Notes: generated by a model from the letters alone, not told the origin. Positions 1 to 10,358 are shown, counted from the stretch's first letter. The stretch is DNA of 64,000 nucleotides from an uncultured Planctomycetota bacterium (GCA_963823665.1 CAWGMQ010000005.1:768001-832000), one strand, 5' to 3'. Program-made: numbers and translations.

Positions 1-378
1 AAGAAAAAGGACGAGCAGCAGAATCAGGACCAGAAGGACCAGAAAGACGAGCAGCAGAAACAAGATCAGAAAGACCAGGAGAAGAAAAAAGACGAACAGA
101 AGAAACAGGGCCAGAAGGACCAGGAGAAGAAGAAGGACGAACAACAGAAGAAAGACCAGGAAAAAAAAGACCAGCGGAAGAAGGATCATGAAAAAAAGAA
201 GCAGGAAGACCAGAGCAGCTCCGGTGAAGACAAACAGGAGCGGAAGCAGGAGATGTCGCAGGATCAGATCGAGGAGGCGCTGCGCAGGGTGCGTGAGCGG
301 CAGCAAGAGAAGCGCGAGCGGGACCGGCAGATGAAGGCACGCGTGATCGGGAGAGCGCCCGTGGAGAAGGACTGGTGA
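1..378 (+). CDS. 3' end of BatC-like (VWA/TPR operon) protein with Q/K/D/E low-complexity tail; partial, starts before the window
   Basis: Frame 1 reads KKKDEQQNQDQKDQ... and ends ...RAPVEKDW*. The terminal KDW motif and the stop overlapping the next (batD-like) start are typical of bat operons. Confidence 0.7.
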   Translation, partial: KKKDEQQNQDQKDQKDEQQKQDQKDQEKKKDEQKKQGQKDQEKKKDEQQKKDQEKKDQRKKDHEKKKQEDQSSSGEDKQERKQEMSQDQIEEALRRVRERQQEKRERDRQMKARVIGRAPVEKDW

Positions 379-2306
379 TGGCAAGAGCGCGCTTGGGAAA
401 AACCGGGCTGGCGGCGATCGTTTTCTGGGTGATCGCTGTGCAGGCGATTGCCGACGATGAGCCGGAGATTGCGGTCGAGGCGGGTGCGACCGACGTCTTC
501 ATTGGCGAGAGCGTCGACTACGTCGTCGAGATTCGCAACGTGAAGAATCCGTCTCCGCCGGACCTTAGCTCGGCGCGAGGGAGCTTCGACGTCGTCGCCA
601 ACGGCGACGATTCGCGGAATTCGACGTCGATGACCATCATCGGCGGCAGGGTCAGCCGGCAGACAACGCTGACTCACTTCTATCGCTACCGGTTGACGCC
701 CAAGCGGACCGGGAAGCAGGTGATCCCGGCGCCGACGGTGACAATTGACGGGAAGACGCTGACGGGGCGTGCTCTTCCGCTCAACGTCATTGCGCCGGCG
801 GAACAAGACCTGGTCATCCCCGAGATGAAGACGGATCACGCGAAGGTTTATCCGACGCAGCCGCTGGAGGTGGCGCTCAAGGTGCTGGTGCGGCCGTTGC
901 CGGATGATCCGGAGCGCGACCCGCTCACACCGCTGCGGCACGATCCACCGCACATCAATGTCAACTGGGTCGAGCTGCCGGCAGGCTTCTCCGGCCAGGA
1001 TAAAGCGCGCTGGCTGCAGAATCTCCTCGCCGAGGATGGGGTCGGGTTCACGCTGAATGACATCACGATGCGAAGCGGCTCGTTCTTAGAAGGCCCGCGG
1101 CCGGCGGTTTTTGGGCTTTTTCAGGGGCGCGAGCGGCGGAAGGGGCGCGACGCCGAGGAGGTCAATTACTTCGTTTACGAGCTGAAGCGCAGGCTCATTC
1201 CCGAGAAGGCAGGGACGTACACGATCGGGCCGGGGGTCGTGAAAGGGTCGTTCGTCGACGGGAACGAAGGGGGCCGATACACCGGCCGCCGGCTGGTCGC
1301 GGTTGCTCCGGCCGTGACGGTGGAAGTGCGCGAGGTGCCCTCGCCGCGGCCGGCGACTTTTTGCGGCGGGATCGGGAGCTATCGCGTGACGGCGGCCGCG
1401 AGCCCAAACACGCTTCGGGTGGGCGATCCGCTGACTCTGCGGCTTGACATCGAGCGTGGGCAAGGGAGCGGCTCGCTTGACTTGATCTCGGCGCCGAACC
1501 TCGAGGCAAACGCAAAGCTTGCGGCCGACTTCGAGATCATTGACAAGAACCCCACGGGGCACACGGAAGGGGCGACCAAGCGATTCGAGTATGCGCTGCG
1601 GCCCAAGAGAGCCGGAGTCGGAGTGCCTGCACTCAATCTCACCATTTTCAATCCTGATACCGAGTTGTTTTCCGAGATCGCGACGGAGCCGATTGCTCTT
1701 TCGGTAACGGAATCTAGTCAACTGAAGCCGGGCGAGCTGGTCGGGGCGGTCGGAGGTGGAGCAAATGAGGCGATCAAGGCGGAGGCACATGGGCTTTTTC
1801 ATAACGTGACTGATCCAACCGAGCTGTTTGATCAGCGGGTGAATGTCATCGCACTTGCGGGTGGGGCGGCTTTAACGTGGTGCGTGGTGGGTTGTCTCAT
1901 GGCGTTCGTCGCTCTCCATCGGCGGAGGTCGGGGGATCTGCTGTGGCAGCGAAAGCGGAATGCGCGGCGCACGGCGAACGGCAGGATCGCGGAGGCGCGC
2001 AAGGCGCTTGCGGAGGGGCAATCGCTGGGCGCACTCCGGGCTGTTCGATCGGCGCTGTTCGGGTTAGTGGCGGACTTGCGCAACATTGTGGCGGAGGGGT
2101 TGACGGCGTCGGAAGCGGACGGGGCGCTTGCGGAGGCAGGCGTTCCGGCCGAGCTGAGGAACGGTCTGTCGGATTTGCTGGGTGCGATCGAATCAGCGGA
2201 ATATGGGTCAGGAGTCACGACCGAAACCCCGGCGATGATCGAGTCGGCTGAGAGACTCATTCAGAGTCTGGCGCGCCACCTGGGACGCAACGGGGCGCGG
2301 GTGTGA
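378..2306 (+). CDS. batD: BatD family (oxygen tolerance) protein
   Basis: Signal peptide, repeated Ig-like BatD motifs (YRLTPKRTGKQVIP; GGIGSYRV; VGDPLTL), a C-terminal TM helix and operon context. Confidence 0.75.
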   Translation: MARARLGKTGLAAIVFWVIAVQAIADDEPEIAVEAGATDVFIGESVDYVVEIRNVKNPSPPDLSSARGSFDVVANGDDSRNSTSMTIIGGRVSRQTTLTHFYRYRLTPKRTGKQVIPAPTVTIDGKTLTGRALPLNVIAPAEQDLVIPEMKTDHAKVYPTQPLEVALKVLVRPLPDDPERDPLTPLRHDPPHINVNWVELPAGFSGQDKARWLQNLLAEDGVGFTLNDITMRSGSFLEGPRPAVFGLFQGRERRKGRDAEEVNYFVYELKRRLIPEKAGTYTIGPGVVKGSFVDGNEGGRYTGRRLVAVAPAVTVEVREVPSPRPATFCGGIGSYRVTAAASPNTLRVGDPLTLRLDIERGQGSGSLDLISAPNLEANAKLAADFEIIDKNPTGHTEGATKRFEYALRPKRAGVGVPALNLTIFNPDTELFSEIATEPIALSVTESSQLKPGELVGAVGGGANEAIKAEAHGLFHNVTDPTELFDQRVNVIALAGGAALTWCVVGCLMAFVALHRRRSGDLLWQRKRNARRTANGRIAEARKALAEGQSLGALRAVRSALFGLVADLRNIVAEGLTASEADGALAEAGVPAELRNGLSDLLGAIESAEYGSGVTTETPAMIESAERLIQSLARHLGRNGARV

Positions 2307-3073
2307 TGCGCAAGGCTGGTCCTGCGGTGATCGTACTCTTGGCAATGCTTGCGGTGGAAGCTGTCGCTGCGGATAACGGGGCACGGCAGCGAACGTTTAT
2401 TCGCGCGCTCGAGATGTTCGACGCCGCCAAGACGCCGCAGGATTATCGCGAGTCGGCTGCGCTTCTGGAATCACTGCTGGCCGATGGGTTTCGCAACGGA
2501 GCGGTGTACTACAACCTCGGGAATGCGTACGTCCGCGCGGGGGAATATGGCCGGGCGATCGCGGCGTACCGCAAGGCGATTCCGTACCGCCCGCGTGATC
2601 AGTACCTTCTGGCCAACTTGCAGCAGGCCATCTCGGCCGCGCCCGGGCACTTACCCGAACCGGCTCCGCCGTTGTGGACGCACGTGCTGTTCTGGAGCGA
2701 GTGGCTGTCGTTTCCCGAGAAGGCATACAGCGCGTTCGCCGCGTATGTGGCGGCGGCTCTGTTGTCGGCCGCGGCGGTTTTTCGGCGATGGCCGCGGGTC
2801 TACTGGATCAGCGCCGGGCTCGTTGCGTGCGGAACGGTGCTGGCTGTCGACGCGGGCCTCGCGTATGCGGACATCGCGTGGTCGCGGCATGGCGTTGTGA
2901 CCGCGGAGACGATTGCCCGGAAGGGGATTGGCAAGGATTACGAGCCGGCTTTTGACCAGCCGCTCAAGGACGGCGCTGAGTTCACGATTCTGGCCGAGAA
3001 CGTGGATTGGGTGTTCGGCCACTTCGAAGGCATTGGCGACGGCTGGTTGCGTCGCGGGGATACGGTGCAGTGA
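2303..3073 (+). CDS. BatE-like TPR protein with TM segments and SH3-like C-terminus
   Basis: YYNLGNAY..GEYGRAIAAY TPR, two hydrophobic helices and a GWL terminal motif; overlaps the batD stop. Confidence 0.7.
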   Translation: MMRKAGPAVIVLLAMLAVEAVAADNGARQRTFIRALEMFDAAKTPQDYRESAALLESLLADGFRNGAVYYNLGNAYVRAGEYGRAIAAYRKAIPYRPRDQYLLANLQQAISAAPGHLPEPAPPLWTHVLFWSEWLSFPEKAYSAFAAYVAAALLSAAAVFRRWPRVYWISAGLVACGTVLAVDAGLAYADIAWSRHGVVTAETIARKGIGKDYEPAFDQPLKDGAEFTILAENVDWVFGHFEGIGDGWLRRGDTVQ

Positions 3074-3228
3074 GTGGTTGCAGTTCTTTGGGTGCTGTTT
3101 GTACCAAACGGAACTGAACATGACATATCAACACTGATTAACCATTTTTCGATCTTTGATTGATACTGGGGTGCTCGTGAGGTGGGAGTAGCGATTATTC
3201 CTGCGCCACACCTATCGAGAAGGCCGGT

Positions 3229-3390
3229 ATCGAGTTGCGTTGGATTCGTGCGCACCGATTATTCCTGCGCCACACGTAAGTCCTGGCGCCGCAAGGCTGT
3301 GGCGCATGTGGCGCAGAAATGGGGCCCTCAAAAAGAGTGTTCGCGGGTTGCGGCGGGCGATCGAGAGGGCGGCGACTGGTCGGAGCGCTT
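3229..3390 (+). repeat. Dispersed intergenic element, copy 1
   Basis: Begins ATCGAGTTGCGTTGGATTCGTGCGC, identical to the reverse complement at 26820-26844. Similarity continues for about 150 bp. Internal stem 3265-3274/3307-3316. Confidence 0.85.
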
Positions 3391-3403
3391 AGCAGGATCG
3401 CTG

Positions 3404-6400
3404 TCAGTGTTTTCCGCTGCCCTTGCTTTTCTTGGGTGGGGCGGGCAGGACGTTGATCACTGTCGAGACTGTGGTGGCGCTCAAGCCGAGTTTCTTGCTC
3501 GCGGCGCTGGGCTCGTAGACTGCGCTTATGGTCTGGAGTCCGGGGACGGTCAGCTTGAGCTTGGCCTTGGCCTCGGCGACGCCGTGGACAACCTGGACCT
3601 TCACGCGCTTGAGCACCACGCTGCCTTCCTCGAAGAGAACGGTGCCGGTGGGTTTGGCGTTGGACTTCGGCTTCTTTTGTGCCAGCGTGCGGACCTCTGG
3701 GAGTGCGGCGATCAAGGGCTGAACTTGCACGGGAGAGGACGAATTCGTGTTGAGGACGTCTGTTGTGGTGATGGTCTGGCCCGCGGTGACGACCGTGCTA
3801 TTCGTCTGCAAGCTTTGCGTGACGGGGCCAGGGGCCGTTACCTGGAAGGCGGTACTGTATGCGTCGGGCTTGCCCGGTTCGTCGATGCTCGCCGCGAAGA
3901 GGAGTGTTCCCGCCGTGGCCGCGATCGGGTGAAAGAAGTGCGCGCGGCCGCTGATGGCATTCACCGTGATGGATGGGACGACATCGCCGGTGTCGGGGTC
4001 ACTGAGGGAGCCGCCCTCGAGCGTGAGGGTGACTGGGCCGTTGTAACTAGTGTCCGGCTCACCGCTCAAGTCATTGACGTTCACCACAATGGTCTGGTTC
4101 ATTGGCTGGTTGATCACGGAGGCGACCGGCTCGAAGGCTGAGTCGAACGACAGGGTGTGGCTGGCGATGGTGATCTGTGGGCTGGGAACGGCGATGTCGT
4201 TCGAGTTGCCATCGGAGGGGATGAGCGTGTACCCCGGGTTCTCGCCGCTGGCCTTGCTGATGGACAGAGTGCTATACGTGATGATTCCGGCCGAAATGAC
4301 ACCGCTCGCGTTCTGAAGCGTCGCGCCGGCGGCGTTTTCGCCCAGAGACAGGGTGACCGGTTTGCCGGCGTTGTTGAATTGCGTGTCGAGTATCAGGTTC
4401 GGCTGGCCGCTCGAGTCGGTGCCGGCTTGCAGGTAGACACCCAACTGGATTGCCGGGGTGATCGGTTGTCCCGGGACTCCGGCCGGGTCGGGGAATTCGG
4501 TCTGAAGGAATTTGAGCGTCTCGGGGACGACCGAGAATGCGGTGCTCGAGTCGCTGGACGTGCCATCCACCATTTTGGCGACCAGCGCGTAGCCTGCGCC
4601 CAGAAGGTTGACTGTCAGGCCGCTGAAGGTTGCGACGCCTGCCTTGGCCGGTTGCGTGACCTGGCCGCCCAACGCCGGTGTCTGGCCCGAGTTCGAGAGG
4701 CCGACGATCGTCATCGTGACATTGCCGGTGAAGTCCGTGTCGACCTGGCCCGCGTTATTCTGGACGTCGACGATGATGGGCGAGCCGAACGACTCGTTCG
4801 AGCCGATGTATTTGGGCGGATCGGATTCGATGACGGGGGTGTCGCTGCCGATGATGAACTGACCGCTGGTGTCCGTAATGGTGCCGGCGGCAGGGGCACC
4901 CGGCTCCTTGGCGGTTGCGGTGAGCGAATAGCGGCCGGGCTCACTGATGATCACATTCGGGAAGAGGACGCCGCTCGTGCCCGCGGTGCCCGATACCGCG
5001 ATCGAGGGGACCGGCGCCCCGGTCGGGCCGAGCAACGTGGCGACTTTGCCGTCGGTGTTGGTCTGACCGATGATGTTGAGCGTGAGCGCGATCGAGCCGG
5101 TGTAACTGGAATCCACGTTGCCCTCGGCGTCGAGCGGGTCGACCTCGATCGGGGCATTGTCTGGGGCTGCGCCGTGCAGGGGTGCGCCGGTGACGCCGGC
5201 TTTGTTGTCGGGCGCGGGGAGGACCGGCTTGAAGAAGAGGTCGTGGGGCACGACGTTGAACGCGTTGCTGGTCACCGTGGCCGTGTCCTGATCGCTCGGG
5301 AGGCTGGCGATCAAGGTGTATCCCGTGCCGACTGTGTTGACGCTCAGCTTGGTGAAGGTCGCGATCCCGGTGCCTTTGGCAACTTGCACGACGCCGCCGG
5401 AGATCGCCGCGCCGAACGAGTTCTGCGCGAGCATGAGCGCGACACCGCCGTTGAACACTTCATCGGGCCGGCCGGTGGAATCATCCACTTCGACCTGGAC
5501 GGGCGTGGGAGTGTCGCTGGTCAAGGGGGGCGCACCGAGGGGCTCGCCGGGCACACCCGCCAGAGGGGAGGCGGGCGGCTGCGTCAGGAACTTGATGGTG
5601 TCGCCAACGCTGAATTTGCCGCTGATGTCGCGCGGGGCGGCGTCGGTCAAGAGCGTGGCTGTCAGCGAGTAGTTCTGTCCGGTCTTGCTGATCATCAAGG
5701 TTGTGAAGCTCGCCATGCCGGAGCCGCCGGTGACCTGGACGTCAGCTCCGGCGAGCGCGGCGCCGTTGCTCTGGCCGCTCGCAAGCCCACCGTTGAGCGC
5801 CAGGACGACGTCGCTGTCGTAGTTCGGGTCGGGATTGCCCTGGCTGTCGAGCACCGAGACTTGAACCGTTGGCAGCGTCTCGTTCGGTCCGCCGCCCATC
5901 GGGTTCGGGAGCGTGATCTTGACCTGGTGGACGCCCAAGGTGAACGAGCTGCTCTGGAGGCTGGGGGTACTCGAGTCGTTCGGTATCGAGGCGATCAGTG
6001 TGTACGTGCCCGGCTTGTCGATGTAGAGGATCTTGGAGAAGTCGGCGGTTCCTCCCGAGGCAGACGTCGTGAGTGTCGTTCCCAGGGAGTGACCACCGGG
6101 GTCCTCGAAATAGACAGTCGGGTCGGTAATGGCGTTGCCATTTGCGTCGGCGAGCTGGAGCTGCACGTTGCCTGTGAAAGTGTTATCGATCGAGCCTGCG
6201 CTGTCGTCGACTTCGACCTTGACCGGCATCACGTCGCCGGCGGTCGAGCTGGCGGGCGGGTCGGCGAACTTGAGCGTGTGGCCCTGGATGTTGAACGAGG
6301 GGCTGGGATTGGGAATCCCGTTGGTGAGGGAGGCGACGAGCGTGTATCCCGATCCGATCTTGTTGACGATGATGGCGCTGGCGCCGCTGAACGTGGCGAC

Positions 6401-7324
6401 GCCGTTGACGGCGGCCACGGTGACGCTGTTGATCGCGGAGCCGCTCGAGTTGATCAGGGAAGCGCCCGAGGCTCCGCCGCTCAAGGTCAGAGTGACGTTG
6501 CCTTTGAAGGCCGTATCGACCGCCCCGCCCTTTCCCAGTACGTTGACGATCACCGAGGGCGCCAGCGGAGCCCCGACTGTGCCGGTGGGCGTCGAACTGG
6601 AGAAGAAGCTCGAAGTCGAGAATGACGGCACGTCGCTTGCGACCACGAATGGCATGGCGGTGGACCAGGCGGGCAAATCGCTGTTATCGCCGGGTACCGC
6701 TTGGTACTGACCCACCACGAAGACCCAGGGGCCGGTCGCGTCGTCCAGGTTCGGGAAGTTCGATGGGACCTCCGTCACCGTTCCGGCTGGGGCGTCGCTG
6801 GCGATGGTCGCCGTGATCTGGATTGTTCCGGTGTATGGATCGCCGCTGGCGGGCTGAAGCACGTCGGCCTGCTCGTCGCCGGGGCGAATGGTCGGATCTG
6901 GTTCATCGGGGGGCGTTCCGGAGATACCAGGCGAGTACGGGAAGTAGTAAATTGGCTCGTTGCCGTCCGGGGCGTCGGGCGCGGTGCCGTTGATCTTCAC
7001 CGAGCCCTGCTGGACGTAAGACATTGCGAGGTAGGGATAGCCGAATACGGGGTCGAAACTATCATCGACGCCGGCGGAGCTGATCGTGATGCTGTAATGG
7101 ATCGTCTCGCCCGGCGTGACGCTCGTGGGAAAGCCAGTGATGACTGCATCGGGACTGAGATACTTCGCGAGATTGTTCTGGATGTTGGGCGGGAATGGGC
7201 TGAGCAGGGTGCGGTCTTCGAGGCGACCGATCTCGGGAAGAAGCCGATGCATCTCTCGTGGCGACCGCCCAAAGCGTTTGCCCACTTTCGCGAACGAAAA
7301 GACCGTGCTCATGGAGCTCCCCAT
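3404..7324 (-). CDS. Large secreted/surface protein with planctomycete extracellular leader and tandem Ig-like repeats
   Basis: LEDRTLLS leader motif, about 8 repeats of ~115 aa (V.V.D..G..D..F.G.VTL.L...G.ATFS.L.I...G..YTL.A), a C-terminal Big_3-like domain and a Lys-rich tail. Confidence 0.85.
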   Translation of the reverse strand: MGSSMSTVFSFAKVGKRFGRSPREMHRLLPEIGRLEDRTLLSPFPPNIQNNLAKYLSPDAVITGFPTSVTPGETIHYSITISSAGVDDSFDPVFGYPYLAMSYVQQGSVKINGTAPDAPDGNEPIYYFPYSPGISGTPPDEPDPTIRPGDEQADVLQPASGDPYTGTIQITATIASDAPAGTVTEVPSNFPNLDDATGPWVFVVGQYQAVPGDNSDLPAWSTAMPFVVASDVPSFSTSSFFSSSTPTGTVGAPLAPSVIVNVLGKGGAVDTAFKGNVTLTLSGGASGASLINSSGSAINSVTVAAVNGVATFSGASAIIVNKIGSGYTLVASLTNGIPNPSPSFNIQGHTLKFADPPASSTAGDVMPVKVEVDDSAGSIDNTFTGNVQLQLADANGNAITDPTVYFEDPGGHSLGTTLTTSASGGTADFSKILYIDKPGTYTLIASIPNDSSTPSLQSSSFTLGVHQVKITLPNPMGGGPNETLPTVQVSVLDSQGNPDPNYDSDVVLALNGGLASGQSNGAALAGADVQVTGGSGMASFTTLMISKTGQNYSLTATLLTDAAPRDISGKFSVGDTIKFLTQPPASPLAGVPGEPLGAPPLTSDTPTPVQVEVDDSTGRPDEVFNGGVALMLAQNSFGAAISGGVVQVAKGTGIATFTKLSVNTVGTGYTLIASLPSDQDTATVTSNAFNVVPHDLFFKPVLPAPDNKAGVTGAPLHGAAPDNAPIEVDPLDAEGNVDSSYTGSIALTLNIIGQTNTDGKVATLLGPTGAPVPSIAVSGTAGTSGVLFPNVIISEPGRYSLTATAKEPGAPAAGTITDTSGQFIIGSDTPVIESDPPKYIGSNESFGSPIIVDVQNNAGQVDTDFTGNVTMTIVGLSNSGQTPALGGQVTQPAKAGVATFSGLTVNLLGAGYALVAKMVDGTSSDSSTAFSVVPETLKFLQTEFPDPAGVPGQPITPAIQLGVYLQAGTDSSGQPNLILDTQFNNAGKPVTLSLGENAAGATLQNASGVISAGIITYSTLSISKASGENPGYTLIPSDGNSNDIAVPSPQITIASHTLSFDSAFEPVASVINQPMNQTIVVNVNDLSGEPDTSYNGPVTLTLEGGSLSDPDTGDVVPSITVNAISGRAHFFHPIAATAGTLLFAASIDEPGKPDAYSTAFQVTAPGPVTQSLQTNSTVVTAGQTITTTDVLNTNSSSPVQVQPLIAALPEVRTLAQKKPKSNAKPTGTVLFEEGSVVLKRVKVQVVHGVAEAKAKLKLTVPGLQTISAVYEPSAASKKLGLSATTVSTVINVLPAPPKKSKGSGKH

Positions 7325-7533
7325 TGATCGGTTTGTTGTCTCGCTTTATCGTCTGGAATGAACGACGGCCCGATCGACCGGTGCTTCGAAGCGGGCACAA
7401 GCGTCCCCAGAGGTATAGTCAGGCTTACGCCCGATCTGCGGCTTGTGTTTCGCAAATTCTTCGCGCAAACCCTGAGCGCACGACGCAAATCAATCGCCCA
7501 CACGGTCTTTGAAGTCGCAAAGCGATCCAACTC

Positions 7534-8585
7534 ATGAATGAACTGCCTCCCAGGATCGACGGCCCGTCTGCGTGGTACGGTCCTGACATTGCGGCACGAG
7601 CGGACTGGATCGAGACGTTGTCGCGTGAGGAACTGTCCGAGATTGAATTCGCGGGCCGACCTATGGCGGAGTCGGAAGTTGACTGGCAATCTCTGCGTCA
7701 CGACGACTTTGCGTTGCCCACCCTGAGAGAGCGCCTCGTTCGCATTCTCGAGCAAGTGCTGGAAGGCCGCGGATTTGCACTTTTGCGAGGTTTGCCGGTC
7801 GAGCGCTTTGGCCGCCGTCTATCGGCCATGGCCTTTTTAGGTCTTGGCCTGCACTGGGGAAACTTACGGTCGCAAAACCGCCATGGGCACCTTCTCGGTC
7901 ACGTGAAAGACGCCGGGCTTTCGAGCCAGGATCCAAACGTTCGCGTGTACCAAACCCGAGAACGGCAGAATTTTCACACCGATTCGTGTGACGTGGTTGG
8001 GCTACTGTGCCTGCATCCGGCCCGGTCGGGAGGGCTGTCGAGTCTGGTCAGCTCTGTCACCATCTTCAACGAGATGCGCAAGCGCCGTCCCGATCTGGCG
8101 CGGGTGTTGTTTGAGCCGATCGAGACTGACCGCCGGGGCGAAGTGCCCGCCGCCAGAAACCCTTCTTTTGCATACCGGTGTTTAACTGGTATGCGGGGTT
8201 GTTATCGACGATCTACAATCGCACGTATATTGCATCCGCGAGGCGGTTTCCAGAGGTTCCGCCACTGGCACCGGAACAGATTCAGGCCCTGGACCTGTTC
8301 GAGAACCTGGCCAACGACACGGGGCTGCATTTCGATATGGAGCTGCGAGCGGGCGACATCCAGCTTGTGCATAATCACACGCTGTTGCACGACCGCACTG
8401 CGTTCGAGGATTGGCCGGAGCCGGAGCGGAAACGCCACTTGCTGCGACTCTGGCTGGCTCCGGAAAGGGCTCGGCCGCTTCCCCCGGTCTACGCGCAACG
8501 GTACGGCTCGGTCGTTCCTGGCGAGCGCGGCGGCATCGTGCTGCCTGAGACGCGATATACGATCCCGTGGGAGGCGGAGGAATGA
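7534..8585 (+). CDS. TauD/TfdA family Fe(II)/2-oxoglutarate dioxygenase (frameshift near 8150)
   Basis: FHTD (HxD) motif in the first frame; HNHTLLHDR and RHLLRLWL in the 8178..8585 frame. Confidence 0.85.
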
Positions 8586-8595
8586 ACTTGCGACC

Positions 8596-8639
8596 ATCGC
8601 GTCGAAGAGCCTGACTGAAGTCAGGCTCTTCGACGCGAT
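8596..8639. terminator. Perfect 20-bp hairpin between convergent tauD-like gene and tRNA-Pro
   Basis: ATCGCGTCGAAGAGCCTGAC-TGAA-GTCAGGCTCTTCGACGCGAT. There is no U-tract, so the terminator role is inferred from position. Confidence 0.55.
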
Positions 8640-8662
8640 AGTGGGATCGGCGATGGAACAAA

Positions 8663-8737
8663 TCGGGGCGACAAGATTTGAACTTGCGACCTCACGGTCC
8701 CGAACCGTGCGCTCTATCCAGGCTGAGCTACGCCCCG
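8663..8737 (-). tRNA. tRNA-Pro(CGG)
   Basis: Reverse complement CGGGGCGTAGCTCAGCCTGGATAGAGCGCACGGTTCGGGACCGTGAGGTCGCAAGTTCAAATCTTGTCGCCCCGA folds as a cloverleaf with anticodon CGG. Confidence 0.95.
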
Positions 8738-8807
8738 CGAAGACATGCCTAAAAGGAACAGCGCAGCCAGGCGGGCTGGCTTACGCGCGCGATTGCATGC
8801 TGTAACG

Positions 8808-8835
8808 ATCTTAGCGAGCCTGCGGGCTCTGTCAA
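8808..8835 (-). promoter_or_regulatory. Sigma70-like promoter for tRNA-Pro
   Basis: Minus strand TTGACA-16 bp-TAAGAT, about 70 bp upstream of the tRNA. Confidence 0.6.
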
Positions 8836-8840
8836 TCGCA

Positions 8841-10358
8841 TCAGGTTTTGCGGCGTGCGCCTGAGCCTGTCGTTCTCGGTGTCGCATTCTCGGTGGGTCG
8901 ATGCTGTTCGAGGGGTGTTTTCACCGTTGCCATGAATTCTCGCCAGTCGCGCTCGAGTGCGTCCAGGTCATTGCCGAAGGCTCGCTGAAAGGCGCTCGCG
9001 ACGCGGTCGCCTCGGTTTTCGCCGCCGAGATCGGGGCCGCGGAGGAGGTCGAGGAAGGTCAGAAACTCGGGTGCGTGACGCGTTCGCAGGTAATAAACCA
9101 GGGCCCAGGCCTGTGCATAAAGGTCGCGCTGATATCCTCGCCCGAAGCCGGCATCTCGGACGAGGCGGTCCAGGCGAATCGGATCTTGAATTCGTCGCCA
9201 ATCCGGAAGCCGCAGGTCGTGAGCGCGGCTGATTCCAGACCAGCGTCCCCCGCGAATCACCTCGAACTGAGCCGCCAGCCCCTCGTGCAACCAGTAAGGA
9301 AAGGCGTCGTGACGCGGTGCGAGCCCGCTTTCGACCGCAAGTTGATGAATCATCTCGTGGGCGGCCGTGCCCAGATCAATCGAGCACCGATCGAGATCCA
9401 ACAACATCGTTTCACACGCGATTTCACCCTCGAGACGGATGATCGCGGCTCGCGCCTCCGAGCGCCCAACCGTGCGAACGGGCTCGCCGCCCAACTCGAT
9501 CCGGATCCTCGCCCGGCCGGGCGCCTCGTCCAACTGCTGGCCGAAACGTTGCAGCTCGTCTCGCCTTGCAACCAGCTTTGCCCTGGCGCTCTTTTCCTGG
9601 TCGGTGCTCCTGGCGTCGAACGCAACCACGGCGCCCCACGTGGGATGGAAATACCCTCGCGTCGTCGCGAACGCGTCGGCAGCCTCGGCGTGAAGAAAGG
9701 CCAGGAAATCCTTCTTGTCGGCGAACCAGGCGGAAACCAGGCGCCGGCGTGGCTTCGCGAGCTCGATTCCCTCGGCTGCGAAGAGCAAATGAAACCCGAC
9801 GATCACACTCTCCAGCATCTCGATGCGCTCGTTGGCCTCGGCCTGCGAGTGCTGATGCAACAAGAGCACGTGCGGACCGCGCGCCACGCTGGTCTCAATT
9901 CCAAGCGCCTTCTGAAAGGCGGCGAACTCCGCATCGGGGCATGGCTCGGCGAGCCTGTCGAGAACCGAAGCCATACGCGCTGTCGGCGTGTGTTTCGGGT
10001 CGAGGTGGTGGAGCGCACGGACTTCCTCAGTGGCTTGTTTGATCAATCCGTTTTCGAGAGCCCACCAGGCCGCGGCGAATCGAGCCTCGAAGCCGCGGGC
10101 CACCGCACCGGCACGTCGCGCGGGCCATTCGGCTTCCGGCCAGAAGCCGGGAACGATCTTGTTAACGTTTTCGCGCGAAAGCTCAATTTGACCGTCGGGC
10201 ATCGATACCAGGACGCGATTGTCTCGGGCGGTGACGGGCAACTGGGCCTCGCCCCCCTTGGTGAAGTAGATCAGATCGGCGCGGACGATCGAACTCACGC
10301 TCAACAACGCAACGATTGTGACTCCGGGAACATGCCGGATCATTCGAGCTCGAATCAT
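8841..10358 (-). CDS. DUF1570-type secreted protein (zincin HExxH motif)
   Basis: Signal peptide; AHEMIHQL, WLHEGLA and YAQAWALVYYL motifs. Confidence 0.8.
   Translation of the reverse strand: MIRARMIRHVPGVTIVALLSVSSIVRADLIYFTKGGEAQLPVTARDNRVLVSMPDGQIELSRENVNKIVPGFWPEAEWPARRAGAVARGFEARFAAAWWALENGLIKQATEEVRALHHLDPKHTPTARMASVLDRLAEPCPDAEFAAFQKALGIETSVARGPHVLLLHQHSQAEANERIEMLESVIVGFHLLFAAEGIELAKPRRRLVSAWFADKKDFLAFLHAEAADAFATTRGYFHPTWGAVVAFDARSTDQEKSARAKLVARRDELQRFGQQLDEAPGRARIRIELGGEPVRTVGRSEARAAIIRLEGEIACETMLLDLDRCSIDLGTAAHEMIHQLAVESGLAPRHDAFPYWLHEGLAAQFEVIRGGRWSGISRAHDLRLPDWRRIQDPIRLDRLVRDAGFGRGYQRDLYAQAWALVYYLRTRHAPEFLTFLDLLRGPDLGGENRGDRVASAFQRAFGNDLDALERDWREFMATVKTPLEQHRPTENATPRTTGSGARRKT

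Noticed and set aside
1..260. Purine-rich repeats as a non-coding repeat array
   Set aside because: In-frame Q/K/D/E coding linker of the BatC-like protein.
8583..8595. 13-bp match (TGAACTTGCGACC) to the tRNA-Pro T-arm as an att site
   Set aside because: Short, only about 70 bp from the tRNA, and no integrase is present; it cannot be separated from chance or a tiny scar.
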